NCBI GenBank assembly: GCA_016779505.1
Contig: JADHNM010000002.1
Location: 1 to 48,091, forward strand
Reading direction: 5' to 3'
DNA: 48,091 bases
DNA from: SAR86 cluster bacterium
Lineage (GTDB): Bacteria; Pseudomonadota; Gammaproteobacteria; Magnimaribacterales; D2472
A program made the translations under genes and the position numbers. The notes under the pieces are model-generated. The model saw nothing but the letters and a program-made list of their open reading frames with translations. It was not told the origin of the DNA and made no database searches. Positions 36,890 to 46,111 of the stretch are shown here, piece by piece. How positions within the stretch are numbered: position 1 is the first letter of the stretch; each line of letters opens with the position of its first letter.

Positions 36890-38717
36890 TGATTAAACTC
36901 TTTAAAACCTCAATTGCTACTGGCCCAGCAACTGCTCCCCCGCTTTCTCCATTCTCAATTACCACTGAAACTGCGTACCTGGGATTGGGCATTGGACCGA
37001 AAGCGATGATAATTGAGTGATCCCTCAATAATTCTGAGCTTCTTAATTCTTGATAGGCCTCCTTGCTATCCAGACTTACAAGCTCAGCTGTGCCTGATTT
37101 CCCAGCCACTTGAAAATCTTTGAGATCCCGTATGCTTCTAGCGGTACCGTTATCACTCTCAATAACACCAAGTAGAGCTTGATGCATTTTTGTCCAATCA
37201 GAATTATTAAACCTTTCATCTTGCCAAGTTCTTAGTAACTTTTTTTGATTGCCTAAAGCAACAAGAGAGGGTTCGGAATATTGTCCTTTGGTAGCCAGAA
37301 GAGCGGCATAGTTTGCCAACTGCATGGGAGTTACTACTAAATATCCTTGTCCAATACCTAAATTAACTGTATCACCCTTGACCCATCCTGTATTCATGAT
37401 GCTATATTTCCATTCAGGTGTTGGAACAAATGCTGGGTCTTCTTCAAAACAATCTAAACAAACTTTTTGCCCAAAACCTAGACTGGATAAATGATTAGAT
37501 AATTCCACTATATCTGCTTGGTATGCAAGTGAGAAAAAGTAAGTGTTTGAACTAACTAAAAATGCTTTGTGCATGTTTACCAAACCATGGCCACCCTTGC
37601 GCCACCCCCTAAACACTCTTCCAGTTTCCGGTAAAGTAAAAAATCCCGGATCTTTCATCTCAAAATCCCAGTTCACAATATTATTTGACAATCCATACAT
37701 ACCAATTGCAGGTTTGATTGTTGATGCTGGTGGATACCTTCCTTGTAACGCTCTATTAAAAAAAGGTTTATCGGCATCATTTAAAAGAGTTTGAAAGCTA
37801 TTTTCACTCATGCCGTTTGATAGCTCATTTATTGAGTATGAAGGCGAGCTGTATAAAACATTAATCCCGCCAGATTCTAGGTCTATAGCTACAACTGCAC
37901 CTTTTCTATTTCCAAGAAATTTTGCTGCACTTTTTTGCGCATCAATATCTAAATTGGTATATAAATCTAATCCTTTTGCAGGCTGAGTAAATGATAATGG
38001 CTTCACAAATTGGCCTTTTGCATTCATCTCATACACTCTTTGACCATGTCGTCCACTTAAATGATCATCATATACCTGCTCTAACCCTGTATGGCCTTGA
38101 ATCAGACCATGCGCATAAACCAATTCTGCATCTTTCCAATGGCTTCGAGGTATTTCAGGCATGGATTTAAAGTCATTTTCAATTCTAGAGGTATACCCCA
38201 AAACATGAGAAAAGATCTCTGGATGATCACTAATTCTTCTATAGCGTTTGGCTATAAATGCATTCTGAAAATTAAAACTTCTCACATTGAATCTAGCAAT
38301 TTCTTCAGCAGAAAGGTCTGTTTTTAAAACTAGTTCCTTGTTAACAAATGCTTTTTCTTTTTGAAGTTTTTTGTACTTTGATATCTCATTTTCAGAAAGA
38401 AAAATTACAGGCTGAATCTTTTCTAAAAAGGAATCTATATCAAGAATGAGATTGGGGCGGGTAATTAAATCAAAGGTTGGTTGATTTCTAATGAGAGCTT
38501 TTCCATTTCTGTCAAAAATCTCGCCTCGAAGTGACTGCACGGGTACTGCATAATTTTTATTATTTAAAGCAGCAAGCTGATAATCTGAATAACCAGAAGT
38601 TTGCAAAGAAAAAACTTGCAGAAGCACGGCCATTAGCCCTAAGATCATTAAGCCAAAAAGTAAGACTGCCCTTATAGAAAAATTATTCTTTTCGACCTGT
38701 CTTTCTTCAAAAATCAT
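36882..38717 (-). CDS. mrdA: Penicillin-binding protein 2 (elongasome transpeptidase)
   Basis: 611 aa with an N-terminal TM anchor and the STIKP, SSN and KSGT motifs. Confidence 0.94.
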   Translation of the reverse strand: MIFEERQVEKNNFSIRAVLLFGLMILGLMAVLLQVFSLQTSGYSDYQLAALNNKNYAVPVQSLRGEIFDRNGKALIRNQPTFDLITRPNLILDIDSFLEKIQPVIFLSENEISKYKKLQKEKAFVNKELVLKTDLSAEEIARFNVRSFNFQNAFIAKRYRRISDHPEIFSHVLGYTSRIENDFKSMPEIPRSHWKDAELVYAHGLIQGHTGLEQVYDDHLSGRHGQRVYEMNAKGQFVKPLSFTQPAKGLDLYTNLDIDAQKSAAKFLGNRKGAVVAIDLESGGINVLYSSPSYSINELSNGMSENSFQTLLNDADKPFFNRALQGRYPPASTIKPAIGMYGLSNNIVNWDFEMKDPGFFTLPETGRVFRGWRKGGHGLVNMHKAFLVSSNTYFFSLAYQADIVELSNHLSSLGFGQKVCLDCFEEDPAFVPTPEWKYSIMNTGWVKGDTVNLGIGQGYLVVTPMQLANYAALLATKGQYSEPSLVALGNQKKLLRTWQDERFNNSDWTKMHQALLGVIESDNGTARSIRDLKDFQVAGKSGTAELVSLDSKEAYQELRSSELLRDHSIIIAFGPMPNPRYAVSVVIENGESGGAVAGPVAIEVLKSLINE

Positions 38718-39181
38718 TATTTATGATATGGGTGATTTCGATAAATTGTGCTCGCTCTATAAATTTGCTCCATTAGAAATATTTTAAAAAGCCTGTGAGG
38801 AAAAGTTAACTCTGAAGCAGATAAGATTAGGTCAGAGGCTTTAAAAAGCTTGTCTGATGATCCATGCGCACCGCCTATAATAAAATTAATATTTTTTCCA
38901 TGATCTGTCTGATCCTGCAAGAGTTTTGCAAAACTGAGGCTGCTAATCTTTTGCCCTTTTCGATCCCATAAAATAGTATGCGCATCTTGATCGAGATGTT
39001 TGATTATTTCTATTCCTTCAGCATCTAATATAGATGTCATATTCATAGAGTTGGAGGAAAAAGGCTTCACCTCAACATATGAAATCTGAAAGTGGTTAGG
39101 CAATTGTTTTGAATAAAATTGCAGTGCTTGCTTCTCCCAATCAGATGGCTTGTGGCTAATGCTAATAATTTTGCATTTCAT
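38717..39181 (-). CDS. rlmH: 23S rRNA (pseudouridine1915-N3)-methyltransferase
   Basis: 154 aa. SPOUT fold with a C-terminal ...IYRNHPYHK, as in RlmH. Conserved rsfS-rlmH-mrdA order. Confidence 0.9.
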   Translation of the reverse strand: MKCKIISISHKPSDWEKQALQFYSKQLPNHFQISYVEVKPFSSNSMNMTSILDAEGIEIIKHLDQDAHTILWDRKGQKISSLSFAKLLQDQTDHGKNINFIIGGAHGSSDKLFKASDLILSASELTFPHRLFKIFLMEQIYRASTIYRNHPYHK

Positions 39182-39519
39182 TATGCAGAAACAAGAGTCT
39201 TTTCACCCCATAAACTCTCTAAATCATAAAATTCACGAGTTTCCTGTTGCATAATATTTACAACTACATCTCCACAATCTACCAAGATCCACTCTGAATC
39301 ATCTTGGCCCTCGATCCCAACTAAATTCTTCTGATGAGATTTGATTGATTCAATTAATTTGTTAGAAATTGCTTTTGCATTTCTTGAGGAAGAAGCGGTA
39401 GCTATGATAAACCAATCAGCAAAACCTGAGATATCTCTAATATCTAAAACGAGAATGTTTTGAGCCTTTAGATCATCCAGCGCTTCACAACAGATAGTTT
39501 TTAAATCAGGAGTTTTCAT
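39181..39519 (-). CDS. rsfS: Ribosomal silencing factor RsfS
   Basis: 112 aa with the DWFIIATASSSRNAKAI motif, upstream of rlmH. Confidence 0.9.
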   Translation of the reverse strand: MKTPDLKTICCEALDDLKAQNILVLDIRDISGFADWFIIATASSSRNAKAISNKLIESIKSHQKNLVGIEGQDDSEWILVDCGDVVVNIMQQETREFYDLESLWGEKTLVSA

Positions 39520-39678
39520 AGCATTGCTTCACCTTATGATGCATATTGAGATTGATTGAATTAATTTTAATTTTACGTCCAAGCTTAGTAAGCAGAATAT
39601 CTAACTTAAATGAATAAATCTATTAAATATTTCTAATTTATATATTCTTTCGATCAATCTTTTGATTAAGATACATAA

Positions 39679-40119
39679 ATGAATTGTATAAACTCTATTA
39701 TCCTTTGGCTCTCTGATCATCCAGGAGTGCTTATAGGCTTGGGAGCATCTTCCATTCTTATTTTTATAATAAGTATTTTAGGCATTGGTTGGTTTGTGGC
39801 TCAAATACCTGAGGATTATTTTCTTTCATCGAAAAGAAAGCCTTCAGTATGGCAAGAGCATAAACCAATTCTAAGATTTGCAGTGTTATTTGGAAAAAAT
39901 ATAATCGGGTACTCTCTTATTATGGGGGGCTTATTAATGCTAGTTTTACCTGGTCAAGGGCTGCTTACAATCGTGACAGGGTTATTATTAATTAACTACC
40001 CAGGAAAATATAAGCTAGAACAAAAACTTGTAGCAATGCCTTCTGTCTATAGGGCTTTGAATTGGATAAGAGCGAAAGCAAATAAACCGCTGCTTAAAAG
40101 AAATCCTGCGCATCAATAA
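39679..40119 (+). CDS. Small membrane protein, PGPGW-like
   Basis: 146 aa with 3-4 TM segments. The LPGQGLLTIVTGLLLI segment resembles the PGPGW transmembrane motif family. Function unknown. Confidence 0.5.
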   Translation: MNCINSIILWLSDHPGVLIGLGASSILIFIISILGIGWFVAQIPEDYFLSSKRKPSVWQEHKPILRFAVLFGKNIIGYSLIMGGLLMLVLPGQGLLTIVTGLLLINYPGKYKLEQKLVAMPSVYRALNWIRAKANKPLLKRNPAHQ

Positions 40120-40237
40120 AATTACATGATTTAATTTTATTACTTGACTTGCAGCATGCTCTAAGTTGTATAGTTCTTAGTATATGTAATATAGGCTTTT
40201 CTCAGCCTACATCTAAAAAATTAATTCAGGGGATAAT

Positions 40238-41245
40238 ATGGGGATTGAAAATAAAAAATGGATTTTAAAAGAAAGACCAAGCGGATTGGTCAAAGACTCA
40301 GATTTTGAGCTTGTTACAGAGACTCTTCCTGAAATTCAAGAAGGCGAGATTCTGCTTGAAAATATGTACCTTTCATTTGATCCAACTCAAAGAGGCTGGT
40401 TGAATGATGTGCCTGGATACCTTCCACCTGTTCAGATAGGTGAAGTTGTTCGATCAGGTGGCATGGGTAGAGTGCTGGAATCTAATAATGCAGATTACAA
40501 AGTTGGAGATTTAACATTTGGTTTTGTAGGGTGGCAAACTCATTGCATAACCAAACCTGAGGCTGATGACAGGTTTAGAGTAGTTCCCGATCTTCTTCCT
40601 ATACCAACGATGCTGAATGTTATGGGCACAACGGGTATCACTGCTTACTATGGATTAATAGAGCTAGGTGATCCTCAGCCAGGTGAAACTGTTTTGGTTT
40701 CAGGAGCCGCAGGTGCGACAGGATCAGTTGTCGTTCAGATAGCAAAACTTAAAGGATGTCATGTCATAGGGATAGCGGGTGGCAAGGAAAAATGTGATTG
40801 GCTCAAAGAAGTTGGTGTGGATGATGTGATTGACTACAAAAACTCTAATGTTCATGAAGAATTACCCAAGGTTGCTAAAAATGGAATTGATATCTATTTT
40901 GATAATGTTGGTGGAGAGATATTAGAAACTGTTCTTTACTTAATCAATATCAATGCTCGAGTTCTCTTGTGTGGGGGAATTTCATCTGGATATGATGCAA
41001 CCAGGCCACCGGATGGACCTAATAATTTATTTTCTTTAATTATTAAGCGAGCAACAATGCAAGGATTTCTAGTACTGGATTATTTGCCGCGCTCACAACA
41101 AGCCTTAGAAGATATTGCAACCTGGGTCATGGAAGGGAAACTTCAACATAGAGAAGACATCCAAGAAGGAATTGAGAAGTGTCCCCAAACTCTGAATAGA
41201 CTCTTTACTGGAGAAAATAAAGGCAAGCAATTGCTAAAAATTTAA
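40238..41245 (+). CDS. NADP-dependent oxidoreductase, zinc-free MDR family (YncB/CurA, alkenal/one reductase-like)
   Basis: 335 aa with the VSGAAGATGSVVVQIAKLKG nucleotide-binding motif and no Zn-ligand Cys cluster. Confidence 0.85.
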   Translation: MGIENKKWILKERPSGLVKDSDFELVTETLPEIQEGEILLENMYLSFDPTQRGWLNDVPGYLPPVQIGEVVRSGGMGRVLESNNADYKVGDLTFGFVGWQTHCITKPEADDRFRVVPDLLPIPTMLNVMGTTGITAYYGLIELGDPQPGETVLVSGAAGATGSVVVQIAKLKGCHVIGIAGGKEKCDWLKEVGVDDVIDYKNSNVHEELPKVAKNGIDIYFDNVGGEILETVLYLININARVLLCGGISSGYDATRPPDGPNNLFSLIIKRATMQGFLVLDYLPRSQQALEDIATWVMEGKLQHREDIQEGIEKCPQTLNRLFTGENKGKQLLKI

Positions 41246-41841
41246 GCTGAGTTTTCTGAAATTTTATTGACTAACTTTGCAAGAATATTCATTCGCTGAG
41301 TTGCATCAAATGCCTCAAGCAAAGCCTGTTTCTGTATTGGGGTGAGAGGAATTAATCCCGCCAACTGATAGCTCACAGATTCAGCAGATAAAAGATCTAT
41401 TTCCAGAGGCAAAGATTTTACTTGTGGGTGTTCTTTCAGTTGACTAAGTACATTTATTAACTCAGGAAATTGCGCCAAGACTGCTTGATCATCGACAGCG
41501 GGCTCAGCAATGGGAGCGATAGATGCGTAATGGAGGCCTGACTCCAATTGCTCAACAGATTTAATAGATACTTTTTGTGAACCTCGAACAGTAATGCCCA
41601 ACAACCCATTGGGTAATTGGTTGAAATCAATAATTTCAACAAAAGTTCCTTGCGACATGAAGTTTTCACCAGATTGATTGTTTTTGCTTAAAGTGATCAC
41701 AAAGCCAGTATCAGTACTCATACAATTTTTTACCATTGAGAGGTATCTAGGTTCAAAGATTTGAAGTGTTTGTATGGTGCCAGGCAAAACAACCAACCCC
41801 AAGGGGAAAACTGGCAGTTTATTTATTTTTGATGAGGTCAA
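41242..41841 (-). CDS. LON N-terminal substrate-binding domain protein (no ATPase or protease domains)
   Basis: 199 aa. The LPVFPLGLVVLPGTIQTLQIFEPRY start is typical of the Lon N-domain. Its stop shares a TTAA with the convergent oxidoreductase stop. Confidence 0.8.
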   Translation of the reverse strand: MTSSKINKLPVFPLGLVVLPGTIQTLQIFEPRYLSMVKNCMSTDTGFVITLSKNNQSGENFMSQGTFVEIIDFNQLPNGLLGITVRGSQKVSIKSVEQLESGLHYASIAPIAEPAVDDQAVLAQFPELINVLSQLKEHPQVKSLPLEIDLLSAESVSYQLAGLIPLTPIQKQALLEAFDATQRMNILAKLVNKISENSA

Positions 41842-43120
41842 TTATTGGCTCCGATATTTTTTTACTATCTTTATTGCTCATGATTAGAATAACATCAAAG
41901 TTATCTATGTCTTTTTCTAAATCTGTTAAAAGTAACTTGATAGAATCATACTCAAATTCCTTATTTTTTTGACTAGATAAATTCAACCAGTAGGCTTTTC
42001 CAAGCGCTGAAGCACTCTCATATAGATCTTCGCCATGATGTCCCTGAGACATTGTGTTAGAAGCTAATTCAATGATGCCCAGTATTCTTTTAGAGGGAAA
42101 ATAATTCGTGGCTGCTTGAACAGTATTTGATATTGCAGTCGGATGATGAGCAAAATCATCGATAACTATCTTATGACCATTTTGGAATACTGTTTCAAAT
42201 CTCCTTTTTACACCTTTTGAATTTTTGAGGGCTAAGAATGAATCCTTTGGGCTAATGCCATGAAGAGAAGCTGCATACATGGCTATCACAGCATTACTTA
42301 AATTGTGCTTTCCATGCATAGGGAGATCGCTGATATTAAATTTCTGATTCTCAAAATCAATTACGCCTTCTTCAATTAAAAGTTGAATATTTTCTTTTCT
42401 TCCCAGTTGATGTGTTTTGGACCAGCATCCCATCTTTATTAGATCAGTAATATTTTTTTCTCCATCATGAAAAATAATATTGCCATTTGCTGGCACTGTT
42501 CTCACGGCATGATGAAATTGCTTCAAGATATCTGATAAATCATTAAATATATCCGCATGATCAAATTCAATATTATTTATGATGAAAGTTTTTGGATGAT
42601 AATGAATAAATTTTGAGCGCTTATCAAAGAAAGCAGAATCATATTCATCTGCTTCAATTACAAAGTATTGTGATGAGCCTAGGCGTGCAGAATTATTAAA
42701 TGAATCACTTACGCCACCAACCAAAAACCCAATATCAATTCCCTGAGATTGAAATATTTCACATATCAAAAAAGATGTTGAAGTTTTTCCGTGAGTTCCT
42801 GATACAGCAATTACTGTTCGATCACGGATCATCTCACCTAGCATTCTAGGACCAGAGGTGTACTCGAGCCTTTGATTTAAAATATATTCGACAGAAGGAT
42901 TGCCTCTGCTCAGAGCGTTGCCTATTACGTATAAATCAGCGCACGGCAAATCAGATTCTTCATAACCTTCTATCATTTGGACGCCAAGAGATTTAAGTTG
43001 GTCAGACATTGGAGGATAAAATTGCTTATCACTTCCGGAAACTATGTGACCTTTTTCAACAAGAATTTGTGCAAGGCCGCCCATAAAGGTGCCACAAATG
43101 CCTAATATATGAATTTTCAT
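41819..43120 (-). CDS. mpl: UDP-N-acetylmuramate:L-alanyl-gamma-D-glutamyl-meso-diaminopimelate ligase (murein peptide ligase)
   Basis: The MKIHILGICGTFMGGLAQ start is the Mpl signature, and the protein is Mur-ligase family throughout. I chose the start at 43120 rather than the upstream in-frame Met at 43153. Confidence 0.88.
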   Translation of the reverse strand: MKIHILGICGTFMGGLAQILVEKGHIVSGSDKQFYPPMSDQLKSLGVQMIEGYEESDLPCADLYVIGNALSRGNPSVEYILNQRLEYTSGPRMLGEMIRDRTVIAVSGTHGKTSTSFLICEIFQSQGIDIGFLVGGVSDSFNNSARLGSSQYFVIEADEYDSAFFDKRSKFIHYHPKTFIINNIEFDHADIFNDLSDILKQFHHAVRTVPANGNIIFHDGEKNITDLIKMGCWSKTHQLGRKENIQLLIEEGVIDFENQKFNISDLPMHGKHNLSNAVIAMYAASLHGISPKDSFLALKNSKGVKRRFETVFQNGHKIVIDDFAHHPTAISNTVQAATNYFPSKRILGIIELASNTMSQGHHGEDLYESASALGKAYWLNLSSQKNKEFEYDSIKLLLTDLEKDIDNFDVILIMSNKDSKKISEPIIDLIKNK

Positions 43121-43180
43121 TTTTAAATATTTGCCGGTAACATTTGTTACCATAGACCAAATTAATTAATTTTTAAACCA

Positions 43181-44422
43181 ATGAAAAAAAATGCTTTTTA
43201 TGCCCAGTCTGGTGGTGTGACCTCTGTAATCAATGCCTCTGCAAGTGCAGTAATATTAGAAGCAAGGAAATCTGCAAAGATAGGTAAAATTTATGCAGGT
43301 AAAAACGGTATCTTGGGGGCTTTGAGAGAAGAGCTGATAGATACATCCAAAGAGTCAAGAAAATTTATAGAAAGCTTGCAATATAGACCTGGAGGAGTAT
43401 TTGGTTCATGCCGATATAAGCTGAAAAGCATCGAGGACAATCTCATCGAATATGAAAGATTGATTGAAGTTTTTAAGGCTCATAACATTGGCTATTTTTT
43501 TTATAACGGCGGAAATGATTCTGCAGACACGGCTTTGAAAATTTCTCAGATCAGCAATAAGCTCAACTATCCTCTCCAATGTATTGCGATACCAAAAACA
43601 GTGGACAATGATCTTGCGGTGACAGACTGCTGTCCAGGATTTGGATCAGTTGCTAAGTATGTGGTCACATCTACCATTGAAGCGGCGCTGGATGTTGAGT
43701 CAATGTATGAAAGTTCCACCAAAGTTTTCATTCTTGAAGTTATGGGCAGGCATGCAGGCTGGATAGCAGGATCAAGCTGCTTAGCCCAAGATAGCCACCC
43801 AGGAGCACCTCATATAATCTTGCTGCCTGAAGTAACATTTAATCAAAATAAGTTCTTGGCTAAAGTTAAGGAAGAAGTGAAAAAGCATGGTTTTTGCGTA
43901 ATTGTTGCTTCAGAAGGAATCAAGGATTCCAAAGGAAAATTCTTAGCTGAATCAGATTCAAAAGATGCATTTGGTCATAGCCAGCTTGGCGGTGTTGCCC
44001 CTAGATTAGCAGAACTGATTGATAAGAAATTAAAATTAAAAAATCATTGGGCTGTTGCTGACTATCTCCAAAGAAGCGCAAGTCATCTATCATCGGGAGT
44101 AGATAGAGCTCATGCCTTTGAGGTAGGTAAAAAGGCAGTGCAGTATGCTTTAAATGGATTAAATGGAGTCATGCCAATTATTAAACGTAAAAGCTCGGCG
44201 CCCTATCGATGGGAGGTTGTTCCTGCACCATTAACAAAAATTGCAAATGTTGAAAAAAAACTGCCAGCTGGATTTATTTCAAGAGATGGGATGGGAATGA
44301 CGAAAAGAGCTCGAAGCTATTTTCAGCCTCTGATTGAGGGAAAGGTTGAAAATATTCAAACAACTTACTATCAAGCAGGAAAAATGGAGATGGTTCCCAA
44401 AAAATTAAAGGCCTGGAGATAA
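43181..44422 (+). CDS. pfp: 6-phosphofructokinase, PFK-A family, predicted pyrophosphate-dependent
   Basis: 413 aa with GGNDS (res 110-114) and PKTVDND (res 138-144), where ATP-dependent E. coli PfkA has GGDGS and PGTIDND. The MGRHAGW motif is also present. Confidence 0.8.
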   Translation: MKKNAFYAQSGGVTSVINASASAVILEARKSAKIGKIYAGKNGILGALREELIDTSKESRKFIESLQYRPGGVFGSCRYKLKSIEDNLIEYERLIEVFKAHNIGYFFYNGGNDSADTALKISQISNKLNYPLQCIAIPKTVDNDLAVTDCCPGFGSVAKYVVTSTIEAALDVESMYESSTKVFILEVMGRHAGWIAGSSCLAQDSHPGAPHIILLPEVTFNQNKFLAKVKEEVKKHGFCVIVASEGIKDSKGKFLAESDSKDAFGHSQLGGVAPRLAELIDKKLKLKNHWAVADYLQRSASHLSSGVDRAHAFEVGKKAVQYALNGLNGVMPIIKRKSSAPYRWEVVPAPLTKIANVEKKLPAGFISRDGMGMTKRARSYFQPLIEGKVENIQTTYYQAGKMEMVPKKLKAWR

Positions 44423-44896
44423 CGCATTCAACTGATTAATAATTCTTTTTAATTCATTTTTGAGAATAAGCTTATCCTCTTCATTCAAGAACGAGCCAAA
44501 GTAAAACCTTTTTCCTTTAGATTGAAAGCAAAATTGATTGGAATTGTGCTGATCAGCCTTCACTTCTAGGACAACAAAGCTTCTAAACTCCTCCCAGCTC
44601 CTTTCTTTAATTAACCTTCCCTGCTCTAATTTAATTTTCTCATTTGAGATATAAATTATCTCTTTTTGCTGACTCCAGCGGAAACTAATATAAAAACAAA
44701 TGAAAACAATGATGACTTCTAAACCCGCAAACGGAAGAATTAATCCAGCACCCATGATAAGAAAAAAAACTCCGATAGCTAAGCAAACAAAAGCTAGGCT
44801 ACCTAAGAAAATTACTCGACTCCATCCTCTTAATGAATAATTAGGAGAAATCTCTATTAAAAAATTATTTTCTGTAGTTTCTTGAATCCTAATCAT
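44405..44896 (-). CDS. Small integral membrane protein (DUF2244-like: two TM helices plus a soluble C-terminal domain)
   Basis: 163 aa. The SPNYSLRGW...LILPFAGLEV pattern followed by a charged C-terminal domain matches what I recall of DUF2244. Function unknown. Confidence 0.5.
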   Translation of the reverse strand: MIRIQETTENNFLIEISPNYSLRGWSRVIFLGSLAFVCLAIGVFFLIMGAGLILPFAGLEVIIVFICFYISFRWSQQKEIIYISNEKIKLEQGRLIKERSWEEFRSFVVLEVKADQHNSNQFCFQSKGKRFYFGSFLNEEDKLILKNELKRIINQLNALSPGL

Positions 44897-44911
44897 ATTA
44901 CAATGGTTTAC

Positions 44912-46111
44912 ATGGTCACTAGAAAAGATTTTAACCGATATATGATGCCGACATACAAACCGGCAGAATTTGTTCCTTCAAAGGCAAAGGGGTCTTGGGT
45001 CTGGGATAATAAAAATAAAAAATACATAGATTTTGCATCCGGAATTGCGGTTTCTAGCTTGGGGCATTGTCATCCAATTTTAAATAAAGCGTTAGCAAAT
45101 CAATCCAAGAAAATTTGGCACCTATCGAATTTACTAACCAATGAGCCGGCACTAAGGCTGGCTAAAATTTTCTGTAAACATACATTTGCTGAAAAAGTAT
45201 TTTTTTCTAATTCTGGAGCTGAGGCTGTCGAAGGCGCAATAAAAACAGCTCGAAAATATGCATACACAAATATAAGCAAAAAGAAAAATGAAATAGTTTC
45301 ATTTTCTGACGCTTTCCATGGGCGAACAATGATGACTATCGCTCTCAATGGATCTGATAGATTCATTGAAGGGTTTGGACCTATGCCTGAGGGAATTAAA
45401 CATCATCCATTTAATGAAGTAAAAAATCTAGAGAAGGTAATCACAAAAAAAACTGCAGCTGTAATCGTCGAACTTGTTCAGGGAGAAGCGGGAATTATTA
45501 AAGCGAAGAGAGATTTTATTCAAAAAATTAAAAAGCTCTCTAAACAAAATAATGCGCTAATTATTATTGATGAGGTTCAATCAGGAGCAGGAAGAACTGG
45601 AACCTTGTTTGCCTACGAGCAATTTGGTATCAAGCCAGACATTATGTGCTGTGCCAAAGGCATCGGTGGGGGAATTCCGATAGGCGCAATACTTACATCT
45701 ACAAAAATCGCAGAATGTATGCAGCTTGGCTCTCATGGATCTACCTTTGGAGGAAACCCGTTGGCTTGCGCTGTTGCCGAGCAAGTGATGACCATGCTGT
45801 CTAAAAAATCATTGCTCAATGGGGTCAAGAAAAAAGAAAAATTATTTTTAAAAGAACTCAAAAATATTAATAAAGAATTTAAATGCTTTAGTGCGATAAG
45901 AAGCTCGGGCCTATGGATAGGGTGCAAATTAAATGTAACTGACAACTTTAATTTAGATACTATGATGAAAGCATGCTATGCAAAAGGGTTGATGATTTTA
46001 AAGGCTAATAATAATACTATTCGAATTGCACCAAGCCTGATCATTGAAGATGAAGTAATATTGAAAGGTCTAAAAATATTAAGAAGCGCTATTCAGGAGC
46101 AGCTTCACTAG
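44912..46111 (+). CDS. argD: Acetylornithine/succinylornithine aminotransferase (class III PLP enzyme)
   Basis: [21 protein letters not shown] aligns with the E. coli ArgD N-terminus. The [11 protein letters not shown] motif is present, with the PLP Lys in CCAKGIGGG. The start is ambiguous (44882, 44903 or 44912). Confidence 0.85.
   Translation: MVTRKDFNRYMMPTYKPAEFVPSKAKGSWVWDNKNKKYIDFASGIAVSSLGHCHPILNKALANQSKKIWHLSNLLTNEPALRLAKIFCKHTFAEKVFFSNSGAEAVEGAIKTARKYAYTNISKKKNEIVSFSDAFHGRTMMTIALNGSDRFIEGFGPMPEGIKHHPFNEVKNLEKVITKKTAAVIVELVQGEAGIIKAKRDFIQKIKKLSKQNNALIIIDEVQSGAGRTGTLFAYEQFGIKPDIMCCAKGIGGGIPIGAILTSTKIAECMQLGSHGSTFGGNPLACAVAEQVMTMLSKKSLLNGVKKKEKLFLKELKNINKEFKCFSAIRSSGLWIGCKLNVTDNFNLDTMMKACYAKGLMILKANNNTIRIAPSLIIEDEVILKGLKILRSAIQEQLH

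Noticed and set aside
41242-41841. LON-domain ORF as a truncated Lon protease pseudogene.
   Set aside because: The ORF is intact and family-typical in length. It is bounded by overlapping neighbours on both sides, leaving no degraded AAA+ or protease sequence. This looks like the known stand-alone domain family.
43121-43153. N-terminal extension of mpl (MVTNVTGKYLK...).
   Set aside because: Mpl and Mur ligases begin essentially at the MKIHILGICG nucleotide-binding motif, so the extension is probably untranslated leader.
44882-44911. Longest argD start, which would overlap the divergent membrane-protein start by 15 nt.
   Set aside because: ArgD homologues align from about [15 protein letters not shown]. 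Overlapping divergent coding starts are rare. The choice among 44882, 44903 and 44912 remains uncertain.
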